Shown: piece after piece, positions 30,918 through 40,808 of the stretch
Layout of the letters: each line of letters begins with the position of its first letter
Numbering within the stretch: the stretch's first letter is position 1
Origin: Thermoanaerobaculia bacterium
GTDB lineage: Bacteria > Acidobacteriota > Thermoanaerobaculia > UBA5066
Assembly: GCA_963719225.1 (NCBI GenBank)
Contig: CAVRAY010000001.1
Location: 2,688,001-2,752,000 of the forward strand
DNA: 64,000 nt
Direction: 5' to 3'
The notes under the pieces: generated by a model
What the model was told of the DNA's origin: nothing
The model's database searches: none
Seen by the model: only the letters and a program-made list of their open reading frames with translations
Position numbers and translations under genes: made by a program

Positions 30918-31298
30918 TTACTTGACTTCGACCTTCGCTCCCGCGTCCTCGAACTTCTTCTTGATCGAGGCGGCCTCGTCCTTCGAGATCCCCTCCTTGA
31001 TCGTTCCGAGGTTCTCGACGAGGTCCTTCGCTTCCTTGAGGCCGAGCGAGCTGTTGACCTCGCGGACGGCTTTGATGACGTTGATCTTGTTCGCGCCGGC
31101 TTCCTTGAGGACGACCGTGAATTCGGTCTGCTCCTCGGCGGCGGCGGCGGCAGGGGCGGCGCCCGCAGCAGCCGCAGGGGCAGCCATCATCGCGGCGGAG
31201 ACGCCGAACTTATCCTCGAGCGCCTTCACGAGGCCGTTGAGCTCGAGGACCGACATCGATTCGATTTCCTTGATGAAAGTTTCGACGGTGAGAGCCAT
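30918..31298 (-). CDS. rplL: 50S ribosomal protein L7/L12
   Basis: [34 protein letters not shown]. Confidence 0.98.
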   Translation of the reverse strand: MALTVETFIKEIESMSVLELNGLVKALEDKFGVSAAMMAAPAAAAGAAPAAAAAEEQTEFTVVLKEAGANKINVIKAVREVNSSLGLKEAKDLVENLGTIKEGISKDEAASIKKKFEDAGAKVEVK

Positions 31299-31322
31299 GG
31301 TTCTTCTCCTGATTCTTCGGCG

Positions 31323-31862
31323 TTAGGCCGCGGATTCTTGAGCGGTTTTTTGCTTCGAAATCGCCGCGAGCGTCGCGGCGACGTTGCGATGAGGAGCGGA
31401 AAGGACCGTCACGAGGCGCCGCATCGGCGACTGCATGAGGCCGAGAAGCCTGCCCACGAGCTCGAGGCGCGAGGGCAGGTTCGCGAGGGTCTCGAGCTCC
31501 TTCGCCGCGACGGGCTTGCCGTCGAGAAGGGCGGCCTTGACCTTCAGGTTGGGATTCGTCTTGCCGAACGTGTGCAGCACCTTCGCGAGCGCCACGACGT
31601 CCGTGGCGCTGTAGGCGACGCCTGTCATCCCCGTGAAGTGCTCCTTGAGCGACCCGAGTGGCCTGCCTTCGAGCGCACGGAGGGCGAGGGTGTTCTTGAC
31701 GACGACGTAGCCCGAGTTCGCGCTCTTGATCTGGCGACGCAGGTCGGTCACGGCCGGAACCGTGAGGCCCTTGTAATCGATCAGGAACGCGTGCGCGGCC
31801 TTCCCGACCGTGCCCTGGAGCTCGAGGATCTCGTCGTTCTTGGTGATGCGGGTTGCGGTCAC
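31323..31862 (-). CDS. rplJ: 50S ribosomal protein L10
   Basis: DYKGLTV..VTDLRRQ, VVKNTLA, LANLPSR. GTG start at 31862. Confidence 0.96.
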   Translation of the reverse strand: MTATRITKNDEILELQGTVGKAAHAFLIDYKGLTVPAVTDLRRQIKSANSGYVVVKNTLALRALEGRPLGSLKEHFTGMTGVAYSATDVVALAKVLHTFGKTNPNLKVKAALLDGKPVAAKELETLANLPSRLELVGRLLGLMQSPMRRLVTVLSAPHRNVAATLAAISKQKTAQESAA

Positions 31863-31863
31863 G

Positions 31864-32571
31864 TCAGACCCCCTTCCCGACGAGCTTCTCGGCGGCGGTA
31901 GGGTCGACCGCGATGCCTGGGCCCATCGTCGACGAGAGAACGACCGAACGCATGTACTTGCCCTTGGCGGTGGCCGGCCTGGCTTTCTGAACCGCGCTGA
32001 GAAGAGCTTCGGTGTTCTCGGCGAGCTGCTTTTCGCCGAACGAGACCTTTCCAACCGGCACGTGGATGATGGCGGTCTTGTCGACGCGGAACTCGATCTT
32101 GCCGGCCTTGAGCTCCGTGACGGCTTTCGCGACGTCGAACGTGACGGTGCCGGCCTTCGGGTTCGGCATGAGGCCGCGCGGTCCGAGAATCTTCCCGAGA
32201 CGGCCGAGCGACTTCATCATGTCCGGCGTCGCGACGAGCGCCTCGAAATCGAGCATGCCGGCCTGGATCTTCGCGACGAGGTCGTCGCCTCCCACGAGAT
32301 CGGCGCCGGCCGCTTCGGCTTCCTTGATCTTTTCGCCCGAGGCGACGACCGCGACCCGGGTCGTCTTGCCGAGGCCGTGCGGCAGCACGACCGTGCCGCG
32401 CACCATCTGATCCGCGTGCTTGGGATCGACTCCGAGACGCAGCGCGATCTCGACGGTTTCGTTGAACTTGGCGAACGCCGCCGACTTGACGAGGGCGACG
32501 GCCTGAGGCACGTCGTAGACCTTCGTCTTGTCGACTTTCGCGGCGGCCGCGGTGAATTTCTTGCCACTCAT
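31864..32571 (-). CDS. rplA: 50S ribosomal protein L1
   Basis: [35 protein letters not shown]. Confidence 0.99.
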   Translation of the reverse strand: MSGKKFTAAAAKVDKTKVYDVPQAVALVKSAAFAKFNETVEIALRLGVDPKHADQMVRGTVVLPHGLGKTTRVAVVASGEKIKEAEAAGADLVGGDDLVAKIQAGMLDFEALVATPDMMKSLGRLGKILGPRGLMPNPKAGTVTFDVAKAVTELKAGKIEFRVDKTAIIHVPVGKVSFGEKQLAENTEALLSAVQKARPATAKGKYMRSVVLSSTMGPGIAVDPTAAEKLVGKGV

Positions 32572-32676
32572 GTGTTTCTACTCCGGGGAACTAGGCGCTT
32601 CGCGTCGTCCGGCGAGAAGCCCCGGGGGCATACCCGGGCACCAGGATGAGCGCGATTCCTGTTCCCTATTCAAACC

Positions 32677-33102
32677 TCAGCCGATGACCTCGATACCCAT
32701 GGATCGCGCCGTTCCCTCCACCGACTTGACGGCGGCCGCGAGATCGACGGTGTTCAGGTCGACGAGCTTGAGCTTCGCGATCTCCTCGACCTGTTTCTTG
32801 GTGACTTTTCCGACCTTCGTCTTGTTCGGCACGCCCGAGCCCTTCTCGAGCTTCGCGGCCTTCTTCAGCAGGACGGACGCCGGAGGCGTCTTCGTGATGA
32901 AGGAGTACGACCGGTCCGAGTAGACCGTGACGACGACGGGGATGATGAGCCCGGCGTCCTTCGCGGTCTTCGCGTTGAAGGCCTTGCAGAAGTCCATGAT
33001 GTTGACGCCCTGCGGGCCGAGCGCCGTGCCCACGGGCGGAGCCGGCGTGGCCTTCCCCGCCTCGATCTGGAGCTTGACGTAACCGGTTACTTTCTTTGCC
33101 AT
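32677..33102 (-). CDS. rplK: 50S ribosomal protein L11
   Basis: [15 protein letters not shown] and GTARSMG. Confidence 0.99.
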   Translation of the reverse strand: MAKKVTGYVKLQIEAGKATPAPPVGTALGPQGVNIMDFCKAFNAKTAKDAGLIIPVVVTVYSDRSYSFITKTPPASVLLKKAAKLEKGSGVPNKTKVGKVTKKQVEEIAKLKLVDLNTVDLAAAVKSVEGTARSMGIEVIG

Positions 33103-33109
33103 GTCATTC

Positions 33110-33697
33110 CTACAGTTTCTGAACCTGGACGAATTCGAGCTCGACCGGCGTCGGCCGGCCGAAGATGGTGACGAGGACGCGGAGCGTGGAGCGCTCGAGG
33201 TTGATGTCCTCGACGAGCCCGGTGAATTCCTTGAAGGGGCCGTCGGTGATCTTGACCTGCTCGCCGCGCTCGTAGACGTAGCGCGGCTTCGGCTTCTCCT
33301 TCGACTCGGCCGTGTGGTGGAGGATCGAGTCGACTTCCTCCCGCGTGAGCGGGACGGGCGCCTTCGAGGAGCCGCCCACGAAGCCGGTCACCTTCGGCGT
33401 GTTACGCACGAGGTGCCAGGTCTCGTCGGACATTTCCATCTGGACGAGGACGTAGCCCGGGAAGAACTTCCGCTCGACGTTGCGCCGCTTTCCGGCCTTC
33501 ATCTCGACGACCGTCTCCTTCGGCACGCGGATCTCGCCGAAGTGCGACTCCATGCCGAGGGCCTTGATGCGGTTCGTCAGCTCGAGAACGACGCGGTCCT
33601 CGAACCCCGAATACGTGTGCACGATGAACCAGTCCATCGGTGCCGCGGCACTAGCCGGGGCGGCGGTCGTCTGGTCCTGCGGGTCGGTGGTGCTCAC
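33110..33697 (-). CDS. nusG: Transcription termination/antitermination factor NusG
   Basis: [22 protein letters not shown] motif [19 protein letters not shown]. Confidence 0.98.
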   Translation of the reverse strand: MSTTDPQDQTTAAPASAAAPMDWFIVHTYSGFEDRVVLELTNRIKALGMESHFGEIRVPKETVVEMKAGKRRNVERKFFPGYVLVQMEMSDETWHLVRNTPKVTGFVGGSSKAPVPLTREEVDSILHHTAESKEKPKPRYVYERGEQVKITDGPFKEFTGLVEDINLERSTLRVLVTIFGRPTPVELEFVQVQKL

Positions 33698-33718
33698 GGT
33701 GTATCCGTCCTTGTGTCG

Positions 33719-33931
33719 TCAGCTGCCGAAAGCCGCGAAGAGTTTGTTGACGAGAGGCGTCACCCCCGCATCCACGAGAAAAAGGAAGAGTCCGAAGATC
33801 GCAGTGGAGATGATGACGACCGTGGTCGTGCCGACGACCTCTTCGCGGCCCGGCCACGAGACCTTTCCGGATTCCTTCCTGACCTCGGAGAGAAAGCCGC
33901 GGAAGTGATGCCAGCGCTCGATCGGGTTCAT
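33719..33931 (-). CDS. secE: Preprotein translocase subunit SecE
   Basis: EVRKESGKVSWP followed by a single TM helix. Upstream of nusG. Confidence 0.93.
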   Translation of the reverse strand: MNPIERWHHFRGFLSEVRKESGKVSWPGREEVVGTTTVVIISTAIFGLFLFLVDAGVTPLVNKLFAAFGS

Positions 33932-34003
33932 GTCTTTTTGTTCGTCCTCGGGTTCGTGATTCGTCGTCTTCGTTCGTTCGTCGTCGTGCGGTCCGTTCGG
34001 CTT

Positions 34004-34081
34004 TGGCAGGGGTGCGGGGATTCGAACCCCGAACCTACGGTTTTGGAGACCGCCGCTCTAGCCAGTTGGAGCTACACCCCT
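34004..34081 (-). tRNA. tRNA-Trp (CCA)
   Basis: Cloverleaf with anticodon loop CT-CCA-AA, GTTCGAAT T-loop and encoded CCA end. Confidence 0.95.
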
Positions 34082-34104
34082 GTAAGAAGGTTGAAAGGCG
34101 CTCG

Positions 34105-34179
34105 TGGAGCGGGAGACGGGATTCGAACCCGCGACCAACAGCTTGGAAGGCTGTGACTCTACCCCTGAGTTACTCCCGC
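34105..34179 (-). tRNA. tRNA-Gly (TCC)
   Basis: GCGGGAGTAACTCAG...CAGCCT-TCC-AAGCTG...GTTCGAATCCCGTCTCCCGCTCCA. Confidence 0.95.
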
Positions 34180-34197
34180 GAAAGGATCCCGTGAAGC

Positions 34198-34273
34198 TGG
34201 AGCCCACGAGCAGATTTGAACTGCTGACCCCGTCCTTACCAAGGACGTGCTCTACCAACTGAGCTACGTGGGC
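34198..34273 (-). tRNA. tRNA-Thr (GGT)
   Basis: GCCCACGTAGCTCAG...GTCCTT-GGT-AAGGAC...GTTCAAATC...CCA. Confidence 0.95.
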
Positions 34274-34289
34274 GGAGGTTCCCTGCTGA

Positions 34290-34378
34290 TGGTGGGCAGA
34301 GAGGGATTCGAACCCCCGTAGCACGCAAGGTGCGGCAGATTTACAGTCTGCTGCCATTAACCGCTCGGCCATCTGCCC
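34290..34378 (-). tRNA. tRNA-Tyr (GTA)
   Basis: GGGCAGATGGCCGAGCGG...GCAGACT-GTA-AATCTGC, long variable arm, CCA end. Confidence 0.95.
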
Positions 34379-34427
34379 GCTCCCCGTTCTTCGTCGATCC
34401 CGATCTCCGGCCCCACGGAGGCTCACC

Positions 34428-34503
34428 TGGAGCTGGCGATGGGACTCGAACCCGCAACCTGCCGATTACAAATCGGCTGCTCTACCCATTGAGCTACGCC
34501 AGC
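34428..34503 (-). tRNA. tRNA-Thr (TGT)
   Basis: GCTGGCGTAGCTCAA...CCGATT-TGT-AATCGG...GTTCGAGT...CCA. Confidence 0.95.
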
Positions 34504-34602
34504 ATTCGCGTTCCCGCCGAAGAGAGCTCGACCGTGCGACCCGGACTGGTAACTGAAGCGGTGGCACGGCTTCGCGCACCTCGGCAAAGGCGCGAACTGT
34601 GG

Positions 34603-34632
34603 TTTATACCAGCCCCGTTCGAGGCGCGTCAA
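34603..34632 (-). promoter_or_regulatory. Sigma70-type promoter of the tRNA-secE-nusG transcript
   Basis: Minus strand reads TTGACG-N18-TATAAA, 100 bp upstream of the first tRNA. Confidence 0.7.
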
Positions 34633-35372
34633 GCCATTTTCATGCCGGGGCTGCTCCGCGGGGAGCTCCGGCGCCTGACCCAGTCGAAAACGAGCACGCC
34701 CGCAGCGACCGAAACGTTGAGGGATCCGGCTCCGGGGCGCATCGGAATCGAAATCAGTCGATCGCATGATTCTTTCGTCAACCTCCTCAGGCCGGTTCCT
34801 TCCGAGCCCAGGCAGAGGACCACGTCACCGGAAATGTCGACGTCGTAGAGGTTTTCGCCCTCGGTTGCCGCGCCGAAGACCCAGAAGCCGGCATCCTTCG
34901 CCTGCTGGATGAAGCGGGCCGCGTTGACGACTCTGCCGATCCTGACGCGCTCCAGCGCTCCCGCCGAGGCCTTCGACACGGTTTCATTGAGACCTGCGGA
35001 GTGACGCTCCGTGAGGACGACCGCGGCGCCTGCCGCGGCAGCGCTTCTCAGGATGGCCCCCAGATTCCCCGGATCGGTCACTTCGTCGAGAAAAAGGACG
35101 CAGCGGCTCCCCTTCACCCCCGCGAGGCATTCCTCGACTGTGTCGTATTCGCGCTCGGCGACTCGCGCTGCGACTCCGTTGTGTGCGCGGCCCGCGGCAC
35201 GGTCGAGCTCTTCTTTCGCGACGAGCCGGACGGAGACGCCTTTTCCCCGCGCCAGCTCCTCGATTTCCGCGGCCCGCGCGTCCTTGCGGCCCCGCTGCAC
35301 GAGAAGCGCCTCGACCGAGCGCGGACGCCGCTCGAGCACTTCTCGCACCGGATGGAAGCCGGAGACGATCAC
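34629..35372 (-). CDS. rlmB: 23S rRNA Gm2251 methyltransferase RlmB (SpoU/TrmH family)
   Basis: GFHPVRE, HNGVAA, DPGNLGAILRSA, GSEGTGL, SLNVSVAAG. GTG start overlaps the ispF stop. Confidence 0.92.
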   Translation of the reverse strand: MIVSGFHPVREVLERRPRSVEALLVQRGRKDARAAEIEELARGKGVSVRLVAKEELDRAAGRAHNGVAARVAEREYDTVEECLAGVKGSRCVLFLDEVTDPGNLGAILRSAAAAGAAVVLTERHSAGLNETVSKASAGALERVRIGRVVNAARFIQQAKDAGFWVFGAATEGENLYDVDISGDVVLCLGSEGTGLRRLTKESCDRLISIPMRPGAGSLNVSVAAGVLVFDWVRRRSSPRSSPGMKMA

Positions 35373-35845
35373 TCGGCCGCGTTGCCGCCGACGAGGACGA
35401 CGACCGTCGCGGCCACTCCGACGCCGCGACCGAAGTCGGTCAGGCCGTTTCCCGAGGAAGCCTTGACCGAGATGCGGTCCACGGACGTGCCGAGAAGCGC
35501 CGCGATGTTCGCGCGCATCGCGTCGCGGTGCTCCGCGACGGCGGGCCGCGCCGCGAGCACCGTCACGTCCACGTTTCGGATCTCGGGATGATCCGTCAGC
35601 TCGCGCACGTGGCGCACGAGCGCCTCCCCCGCCGCGCTTTTCCATTCGGGCCGATCCGTGCCGAAGACCGAGCCGAGGTCTCCGGCGGCCGCCGCGCCGA
35701 GGAGGGCGCCCGCCAGGGCGTGGAGCACGACGTCTCCGTCCGAGTGCCCGACGGGCCCGGCGTCCGAAGGAATCGCCACGCCGCCGAGGACGCACGGCCG
35801 CCCGGCGGCGAGAGGGTGCGCGTCGAAACCGTGCCCGATCCTCAT
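35369..35845 (-). CDS. ispF: 2-C-methyl-D-erythritol 2,4-cyclodiphosphate synthase
   Basis: MRIGHGFDAH, GHSDGDVVLHA, GDLG, ISVKA. Confidence 0.93.
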   Translation of the reverse strand: MRIGHGFDAHPLAAGRPCVLGGVAIPSDAGPVGHSDGDVVLHALAGALLGAAAAGDLGSVFGTDRPEWKSAAGEALVRHVRELTDHPEIRNVDVTVLAARPAVAEHRDAMRANIAALLGTSVDRISVKASSGNGLTDFGRGVGVAATVVVLVGGNAAE

Positions 35846-36525
35846 GAGGACGTCCGGGCGAGGAACGCCTCGGCCCAGGCGAGGTCTTCGGGATACGTGA
35901 TCTTGATGTTCCAGCGGGACGTGAGGACGACGGTCACGGGCCCGCCGGTTCGTTCCACGAGCTCGGCATCGTCGGTGGCGTCGGGGCCGCCCTCTTTCTC
36001 GACGGCAGGCCGGAACAGGCCCGCGCGGAAAACCTGCGGCGTCGTGGCCGCGAAGAGGTCGATCCTCGAGACGGTGCCGGCCACCGTGCCGCCGGAAATC
36101 CTCTTGACCGTCTCGACGATCGAGTAGCCCGCGATGGCCGCGCCCGTCTTCTCCGCCGCGTCCACGACCGCCGCCACCTCGACGGGATCGACGAGCGGAC
36201 GCGCGGCGTCGTGGACGAGGACGAGGTCGTCGTCGCTCTCGAACCGGGCTGCCGCGAACGCGCGCGCGACCGATTCCCGCCGTGTCACACCGCCGTCGAC
36301 GAGCACGCAGGGTATCGGGGTTTGGGCAAGAGCTTCCCGGAATGCATCCGTGTGGCCCGGCGAGACCGCGATCACCGCTTCCTTGACGCGCTTCGACGCC
36401 GCGAGGCGCTCGAGAGCGTGCAGGAGCATGGGCCGCCCCGCGAGCAGGACGAGCGCTTTCGGCCCCTCGTCGTGGAAGCGTGTTCCGAAGCCGGCCGAGG
36501 GGATGAGCGCGACGGCGAGAACCAT
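35842..36525 (-). CDS. ispD: 2-C-methyl-D-erythritol 4-phosphate cytidylyltransferase
   Basis: SAGFGTRF...PK, GGVTRRESV, VLVHDAARP, TPQVF, TDDA, NIKITYPEDL. Confidence 0.95.
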   Translation of the reverse strand: MVLAVALIPSAGFGTRFHDEGPKALVLLAGRPMLLHALERLAASKRVKEAVIAVSPGHTDAFREALAQTPIPCVLVDGGVTRRESVARAFAAARFESDDDLVLVHDAARPLVDPVEVAAVVDAAEKTGAAIAGYSIVETVKRISGGTVAGTVSRIDLFAATTPQVFRAGLFRPAVEKEGGPDATDDAELVERTGGPVTVVLTSRWNIKITYPEDLAWAEAFLARTSS

Positions 36526-37088
36526 CAGCGGGCCAGCACTTCCGCTTCTTTCGTCTTCAGGACGTGCTCGACCTCGGCGACGCTCTTGTCCGTCATTTTC
36601 TGGACGTCGTCGAGAGCGCGCTTCTCGTCGTCGGCCGAGATCGACGAGGCTTTCGCCTCCTTCTTGATCGCGTCGTTTCCCTCGTGGCGATGATGGCGGA
36701 TCTCGACTCTCGCCTGCTCCGCGAAGCCGTGAGCCTTCTTGACGATCTCCTTGCGGCGCTCTTCCGTGGGCTGCGGGACGGGGATGCGCACGACCTTACC
36801 GTCCGAGGACGGGTTGAGGCCGAGGTCGCTCGTCCGGATGGCCTTTTCGATGGCCGGGCAGAGCGAGGGCTCCCAGGGAGACGCGAGCAGCAACGTCGCG
36901 TCGGGCGCCGAAAGGTTCGCCACCTGGTTCAGGGGAGTCGGCGTGCCGTAGTACTCCACGAGGATTCCCTCGAGGATCCCGACGGACGCGCGACCAGTAC
37001 GCAGGTGCTTGAGTTCCGTCTTGAGCGCGTCGAGCGTGGCGTGCATCCGGCGTTCGGTTTCCTTCTTGATCTCGGCAATCGTCGGCAT
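36525..37088 (-). CDS. frr: Ribosome recycling factor
   Basis: LRTGRAS, YYGTPTPLNQVA, SDLGLNP, TEERRKE. Confidence 0.97.
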   Translation of the reverse strand: MPTIAEIKKETERRMHATLDALKTELKHLRTGRASVGILEGILVEYYGTPTPLNQVANLSAPDATLLLASPWEPSLCPAIEKAIRTSDLGLNPSSDGKVVRIPVPQPTEERRKEIVKKAHGFAEQARVEIRHHRHEGNDAIKKEAKASSISADDEKRALDDVQKMTDKSVAEVEHVLKTKEAEVLAR

Positions 37089-37123
37089 GGTTCCCCGGCT
37101 CCTTCACCCGGCTCGTGATGAGA

Positions 37124-37846
37124 TCAGGCCTTCACGGAGTCCACAACGCTCCCGATCGGCTCTCCGAGGACGACCCTGCGGATGTTTCCGGGAACGAGGA
37201 GGTTGAAGACGCGAATCGGCATCTTGTTGTCCCGGCAGAGGGAGATCGCCGTGGCGTCCATGACCGCCAACCGCTTCTCGAGCACGTCCTGGTAGGTGAC
37301 CCGCGGCAGGAAAACGGCCTTCGGGTCCGTCTTCGGGTCGGCAGTGTAAATGCCGTCGACGCGCGTGGCCTTCAGGATCGCCTCGGCGCGGACCTCGTTC
37401 GCGCGCAAGGCGGCGGCCGAGTCCGTCGTGAAGTACGGATTGCCCGTGCCTCCGGCGAAGATGACGCAGCGCTTCTTTTCGAGATGCCGGATCGCCCGTC
37501 GCCGGATGAACGGCTCCGCGACCGCCCGCACCTCGAAAGCCGTCATGACGCGCGTGTGGATGTCGCGTTTCTCGAGAGCGTCCTGCAGCGCGAGCGCGTT
37601 GATCACGGTCGCGAGCATCCCCATGTTGTCACCCGTGACGCGGTCGATGCCCTGCGTCGCCGCCGAGACGCCACGGATGATGTTGCCGCCCCCGATCACG
37701 ATGGCGACCTCGACGCCGAGGCGCGCGACCTCGGCGATCTCGTCGGCGAGGCGCTCGACGACGGCCGGCTCGATTCCGAAAGACTGGCTGCCGAGGAGGG
37801 CCTCCCCGGAGAGCTTCAGCAGGACCCGGCGAAAGCGGGCTTCCAC
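37124..37846 (-). CDS. pyrH: UMP kinase
   Basis: [32 protein letters not shown] start at 37846. Confidence 0.97.
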   Translation of the reverse strand: MEARFRRVLLKLSGEALLGSQSFGIEPAVVERLADEIAEVARLGVEVAIVIGGGNIIRGVSAATQGIDRVTGDNMGMLATVINALALQDALEKRDIHTRVMTAFEVRAVAEPFIRRRAIRHLEKKRCVIFAGGTGNPYFTTDSAAALRANEVRAEAILKATRVDGIYTADPKTDPKAVFLPRVTYQDVLEKRLAVMDATAISLCRDNKMPIRVFNLLVPGNIRRVVLGEPIGSVVDSVKA

Positions 37847-37850
37847 GTTC

Positions 37851-38774
37851 TTACTTGGCCAGCGCGGCGACCTCGGCCGCGAAGTCTCCGCCGCCGGAAT
37901 TCTTCTCGATGCCTTCGCCCACCTTGAAGCGCACGAAGCGGACGACGGAAGCGTCCTTGCCCGCGCGCTCGGCGATGACCTGCGACACTTTCTTGCTGTC
38001 GTCCTTCGCGAAAGGCTGGTCGAGGAGCACGACCTCTCCATACCACTTTCCGATCATCCCCTCGACCATCTTGTCGGCCACGGCCTCCGGCTTGCCGGCG
38101 GCGACCGCCTTGGCGCGCGCGATCTCGCGCTCGTCGGCGAGCGCCTTGGCGGACACGCCGTCCCGATTCGCGAACTGCGGAGACAACGCGGCCACGTGCA
38201 TCGCGAGGTCTTTGGACAGATCCCCGGGCATTCCCTTCGTCTCGATGACGACGACGGTCTTGTCGCCGGGGTGCGCATAGAGCGTGAGCGCGGATTCCGG
38301 CGCGGCCATGAGGCGCGCGAAGCGTCGAAGCTGCGTGTTCTCCCCCGTCTCGGCCGTGAAGGCCTGGAGCGATTCGGCGACGGTTCCGGTCGCACACGGG
38401 AGATGCTTCGGAGCGGGGAGGGCTTTCACCCGCTCGACGTCTCCTTCGGCCGTGTCTCCGAGGCTTGCCGAATGGAAGACGAGCTCGGCGAGAACGTGGC
38501 GCGCCTTCTTGAACGCGTCCGTCCGCGCGACGAAGTCCGTCTCGCAGTTCAGCTCGACGAGAGCCGCCATGCCGGCCTCCACGTGATAGCCGACGAGGCC
38601 CTCGGCGGCCACGCGACCTGCCTTCTTCGCGGCGGCCGCGAGCCCCTTCTTGCGGAGGATCTTCTCGGCCTCCTCCATGTTGCCGTTCGACTCCTCGAGC
38701 GCGCGCTTGCAATCGAGCATTCCGGCGCCCGTTCTGTCGCGGAGCATCTTGACCATCACTGCGGAAATCGCCAT
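37851..38774 (-). CDS. tsf: Elongation factor Ts
   Basis: [36 protein letters not shown]. Confidence 0.98.
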   Translation of the reverse strand: MAISAVMVKMLRDRTGAGMLDCKRALEESNGNMEEAEKILRKKGLAAAAKKAGRVAAEGLVGYHVEAGMAALVELNCETDFVARTDAFKKARHVLAELVFHSASLGDTAEGDVERVKALPAPKHLPCATGTVAESLQAFTAETGENTQLRRFARLMAAPESALTLYAHPGDKTVVVIETKGMPGDLSKDLAMHVAALSPQFANRDGVSAKALADEREIARAKAVAAGKPEAVADKMVEGMIGKWYGEVVLLDQPFAKDDSKKVSQVIAERAGKDASVVRFVRFKVGEGIEKNSGGGDFAAEVAALAK

Positions 38775-38790
38775 GGGTACCTCTTACGTC

Positions 38791-38834
38791 AAAAGGGGCC
38801 GGCGGGAGAAGCGTGTCCTCCAGCCGGCCCCGTT
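38791..38834 (-). terminator. Terminator/attenuator hairpin between rpsB and tsf
   Basis: GGGGCCGGC...GCCGGCCCC stem followed by TTTT on the minus strand. Confidence 0.65.
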
Positions 38835-38850
38835 CTCTCTCGGATTCGGT

Positions 38851-39693
38851 TCAGACCGGGACGGGGACGACCGGGACCTCGGGTTTCGCTGGGGAGCCGG
38901 CGGCGGCGCCCGCCGCAGGCGCGGCGGCTGTCGTTGCGTCGGCCACGTGGAAGTTCGCGGGCATGGGCTCGTCGTCCGCATGATCGACCTTACCCACGAA
39001 GCGCTCTTCCTGCGCGTGCAGGCCTTCCAGAACGGCGTCGGCCATCTTGCCCGTGAAGAGCTTGATGGCGCGGATCGCGTCGTCGTTGCCGGGGATGACG
39101 TGCGAGATGCTGTCGGGATCGCAGTTCGTGTCGACGATGGCCACGACCGGGATGCTCAGCTTCCGGGCCTCCTGCACCGCGATCGCCTCCTTCTTGGGGT
39201 CGATCACGAAGAGGACGTCCGGCAGCTCCTCCATCTCCTTGATCCCGATGAGGTTCTTCGAAAGCTTCGCCTTCTCGCGGTCGAGCTGGATGCGCTCTTT
39301 CTTGGTCAGGATCGCGTCCGATCCCTCCACGAGCATCGCCTCGATCTCCTTGAGGCGGCTGATGGACTTCCGGATCGTCACGAAGTTCGTGAGGGTGCCG
39401 CCGAGCCACCGGTTGTTCACGTAGAACATGCCGCAGCGGTTCGCCTCCTCGTAGATGGCGTCCTGGGCCTGCCGCTTCGTCCCGACGAAGAGGATGTTCT
39501 TCCCCTGCGAGGCGACGTCCGTGATGAAGGCCGCGGCCTCGCGGAAGCACTTGAGGGTCTTCTGGAGATCGATGATGTAGATGCCGTTGCGCTTGCCGAA
39601 GATGTACTTCTTCATCTTCGGATTCCAGCGTTTCGTCTGGTGCCCGAAATGAACGCCCGCCTCGAGCAGCTCCTTCATCGTGATCTGACTCAT
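38851..39693 (-). CDS. rpsB: 30S ribosomal protein S2
   Basis: [32 protein letters not shown]. Confidence 0.99.
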   Translation of the reverse strand: MSQITMKELLEAGVHFGHQTKRWNPKMKKYIFGKRNGIYIIDLQKTLKCFREAAAFITDVASQGKNILFVGTKRQAQDAIYEEANRCGMFYVNNRWLGGTLTNFVTIRKSISRLKEIEAMLVEGSDAILTKKERIQLDREKAKLSKNLIGIKEMEELPDVLFVIDPKKEAIAVQEARKLSIPVVAIVDTNCDPDSISHVIPGNDDAIRAIKLFTGKMADAVLEGLHAQEERFVGKVDHADDEPMPANFHVADATTAAAPAAGAAAGSPAKPEVPVVPVPV

Positions 39694-39703
39694 CTCTCCC
39701 CCA

Positions 39704-40096
39704 TTACCTCTTCGAGAACTGGAACCGGGCGCGAGCCCCGCGCTGTCCGTACTTCTTGCGCTCCTTCATGCGCGAGTCGCGCGTGAGGAGGCCGGCCTTC
39801 TTGAGCGCGCCGCGGAGCTCGCCGTTGAAGAGGCAGAGCGCGCGGGCGATCCCGTGGCGGATCGCGCCCGCCTGGCCCGCGCTCCCCCCGCCCTCGACGA
39901 GGGCGACGACGTCGAACTTGTCGACCGTCTCGGTGAGCTGCAGGGGCTGGCGGATGACCATCTTGAGCACGTCGTTCGGGAAGAAGTCCTCGAAGGTGCG
40001 GTCGTTGACCTGCACGGTCCCCTTGCCGGGGCGGAGGTACACGCGGGCAACGGACTCTTTCCGGCGTCCCACGGCCTGATACTGGAGGTTCGTCAC
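39704..40096 (-). CDS. rpsI: 30S ribosomal protein S9
   Basis: [29 protein letters not shown]. Confidence 0.99.
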   Translation of the reverse strand: MTNLQYQAVGRRKESVARVYLRPGKGTVQVNDRTFEDFFPNDVLKMVIRQPLQLTETVDKFDVVALVEGGGSAGQAGAIRHGIARALCLFNGELRGALKKAGLLTRDSRMKERKKYGQRGARARFQFSKR

Positions 40097-40143
40097 GGGG
40101 TTCGTTTCTCTCTTTCCGTTCGTGCTTTCGTCGTCAATCCCGG

Positions 40144-40578
40144 TCAGACGGCGACGGCGGCCGGAGACTGGGCGGTGTGCGGATGAGCCGGGCCTGCGTA
40201 GACCTTGAGCTTCTTGAACATCTTCCGGCCGAGCTTCGTCTTCGGCAGCATGCCGCGGACGGCCGCTTCGATGACACGCTCGGGATGCGTGGCCTTCAGC
40301 TTGCCCGCTTCGATCGAGCGGAGGCCTCCCGGGAAGCCCGTGTGGTGCCGGTACATCTTCTGGTCGAGCTTCGTGCCGGTGAAGGCGACCTTCTCGGCGT
40401 TCACCACGACGACGAAGTCACCGGTGTCGAGAAAAGGCGTGTAGATGGCTTTCGTCTTGCCCGTGAGGTGGCGCGCGACGAGCGTCGCGAGACGACCGAG
40501 CACCTTGCCGTCGGCATCGACGACGATCCAGCGTCGGGAGAGGTCGGAGATTTTCGGAAGCGGCGTGCGAGTGCTCAC
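40144..40578 (-). CDS. rplM: 50S ribosomal protein L13
   Basis: [31 protein letters not shown]. Confidence 0.98.
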   Translation of the reverse strand: MSTRTPLPKISDLSRRWIVVDADGKVLGRLATLVARHLTGKTKAIYTPFLDTGDFVVVVNAEKVAFTGTKLDQKMYRHHTGFPGGLRSIEAGKLKATHPERVIEAAVRGMLPKTKLGRKMFKKLKVYAGPAHPHTAQSPAAVAV

Positions 40579-40742
40579 GGGAACAGCGGTCTCCGATCGG
40601 GGCGGTTGAGGGGTGCGTCACCCCGGCTGGAAAATTCCGGGGTCGGTCTCACGATGCGGACCAGGGAAGCATCGAAAGACCAGGGCCCCGACGGCACACG
40701 ATAAGCGGGCTTCCGGCGAACCATCCACCCGCAGGGCCATGA

Positions 40743-40771
40743 AAAATACGCCCCCTGCCGGTCCCTGTCAA
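40743..40771 (-). promoter_or_regulatory. Sigma70-type promoter upstream of rplM
   Basis: Minus strand reads TTGACA-N17-TATTTT. Confidence 0.7.
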
Positions 40772-40808
40772 GCAAGGCCCCCGTCCTTTCTCCCTCAGAA
40801 TAGAAGAG

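Noticed and set aside
34004-34503. tRNA-anchored prophage or genomic island
   Set aside because: No integrase and no duplicated tRNA 3' end were seen, and the flanks are core genes.
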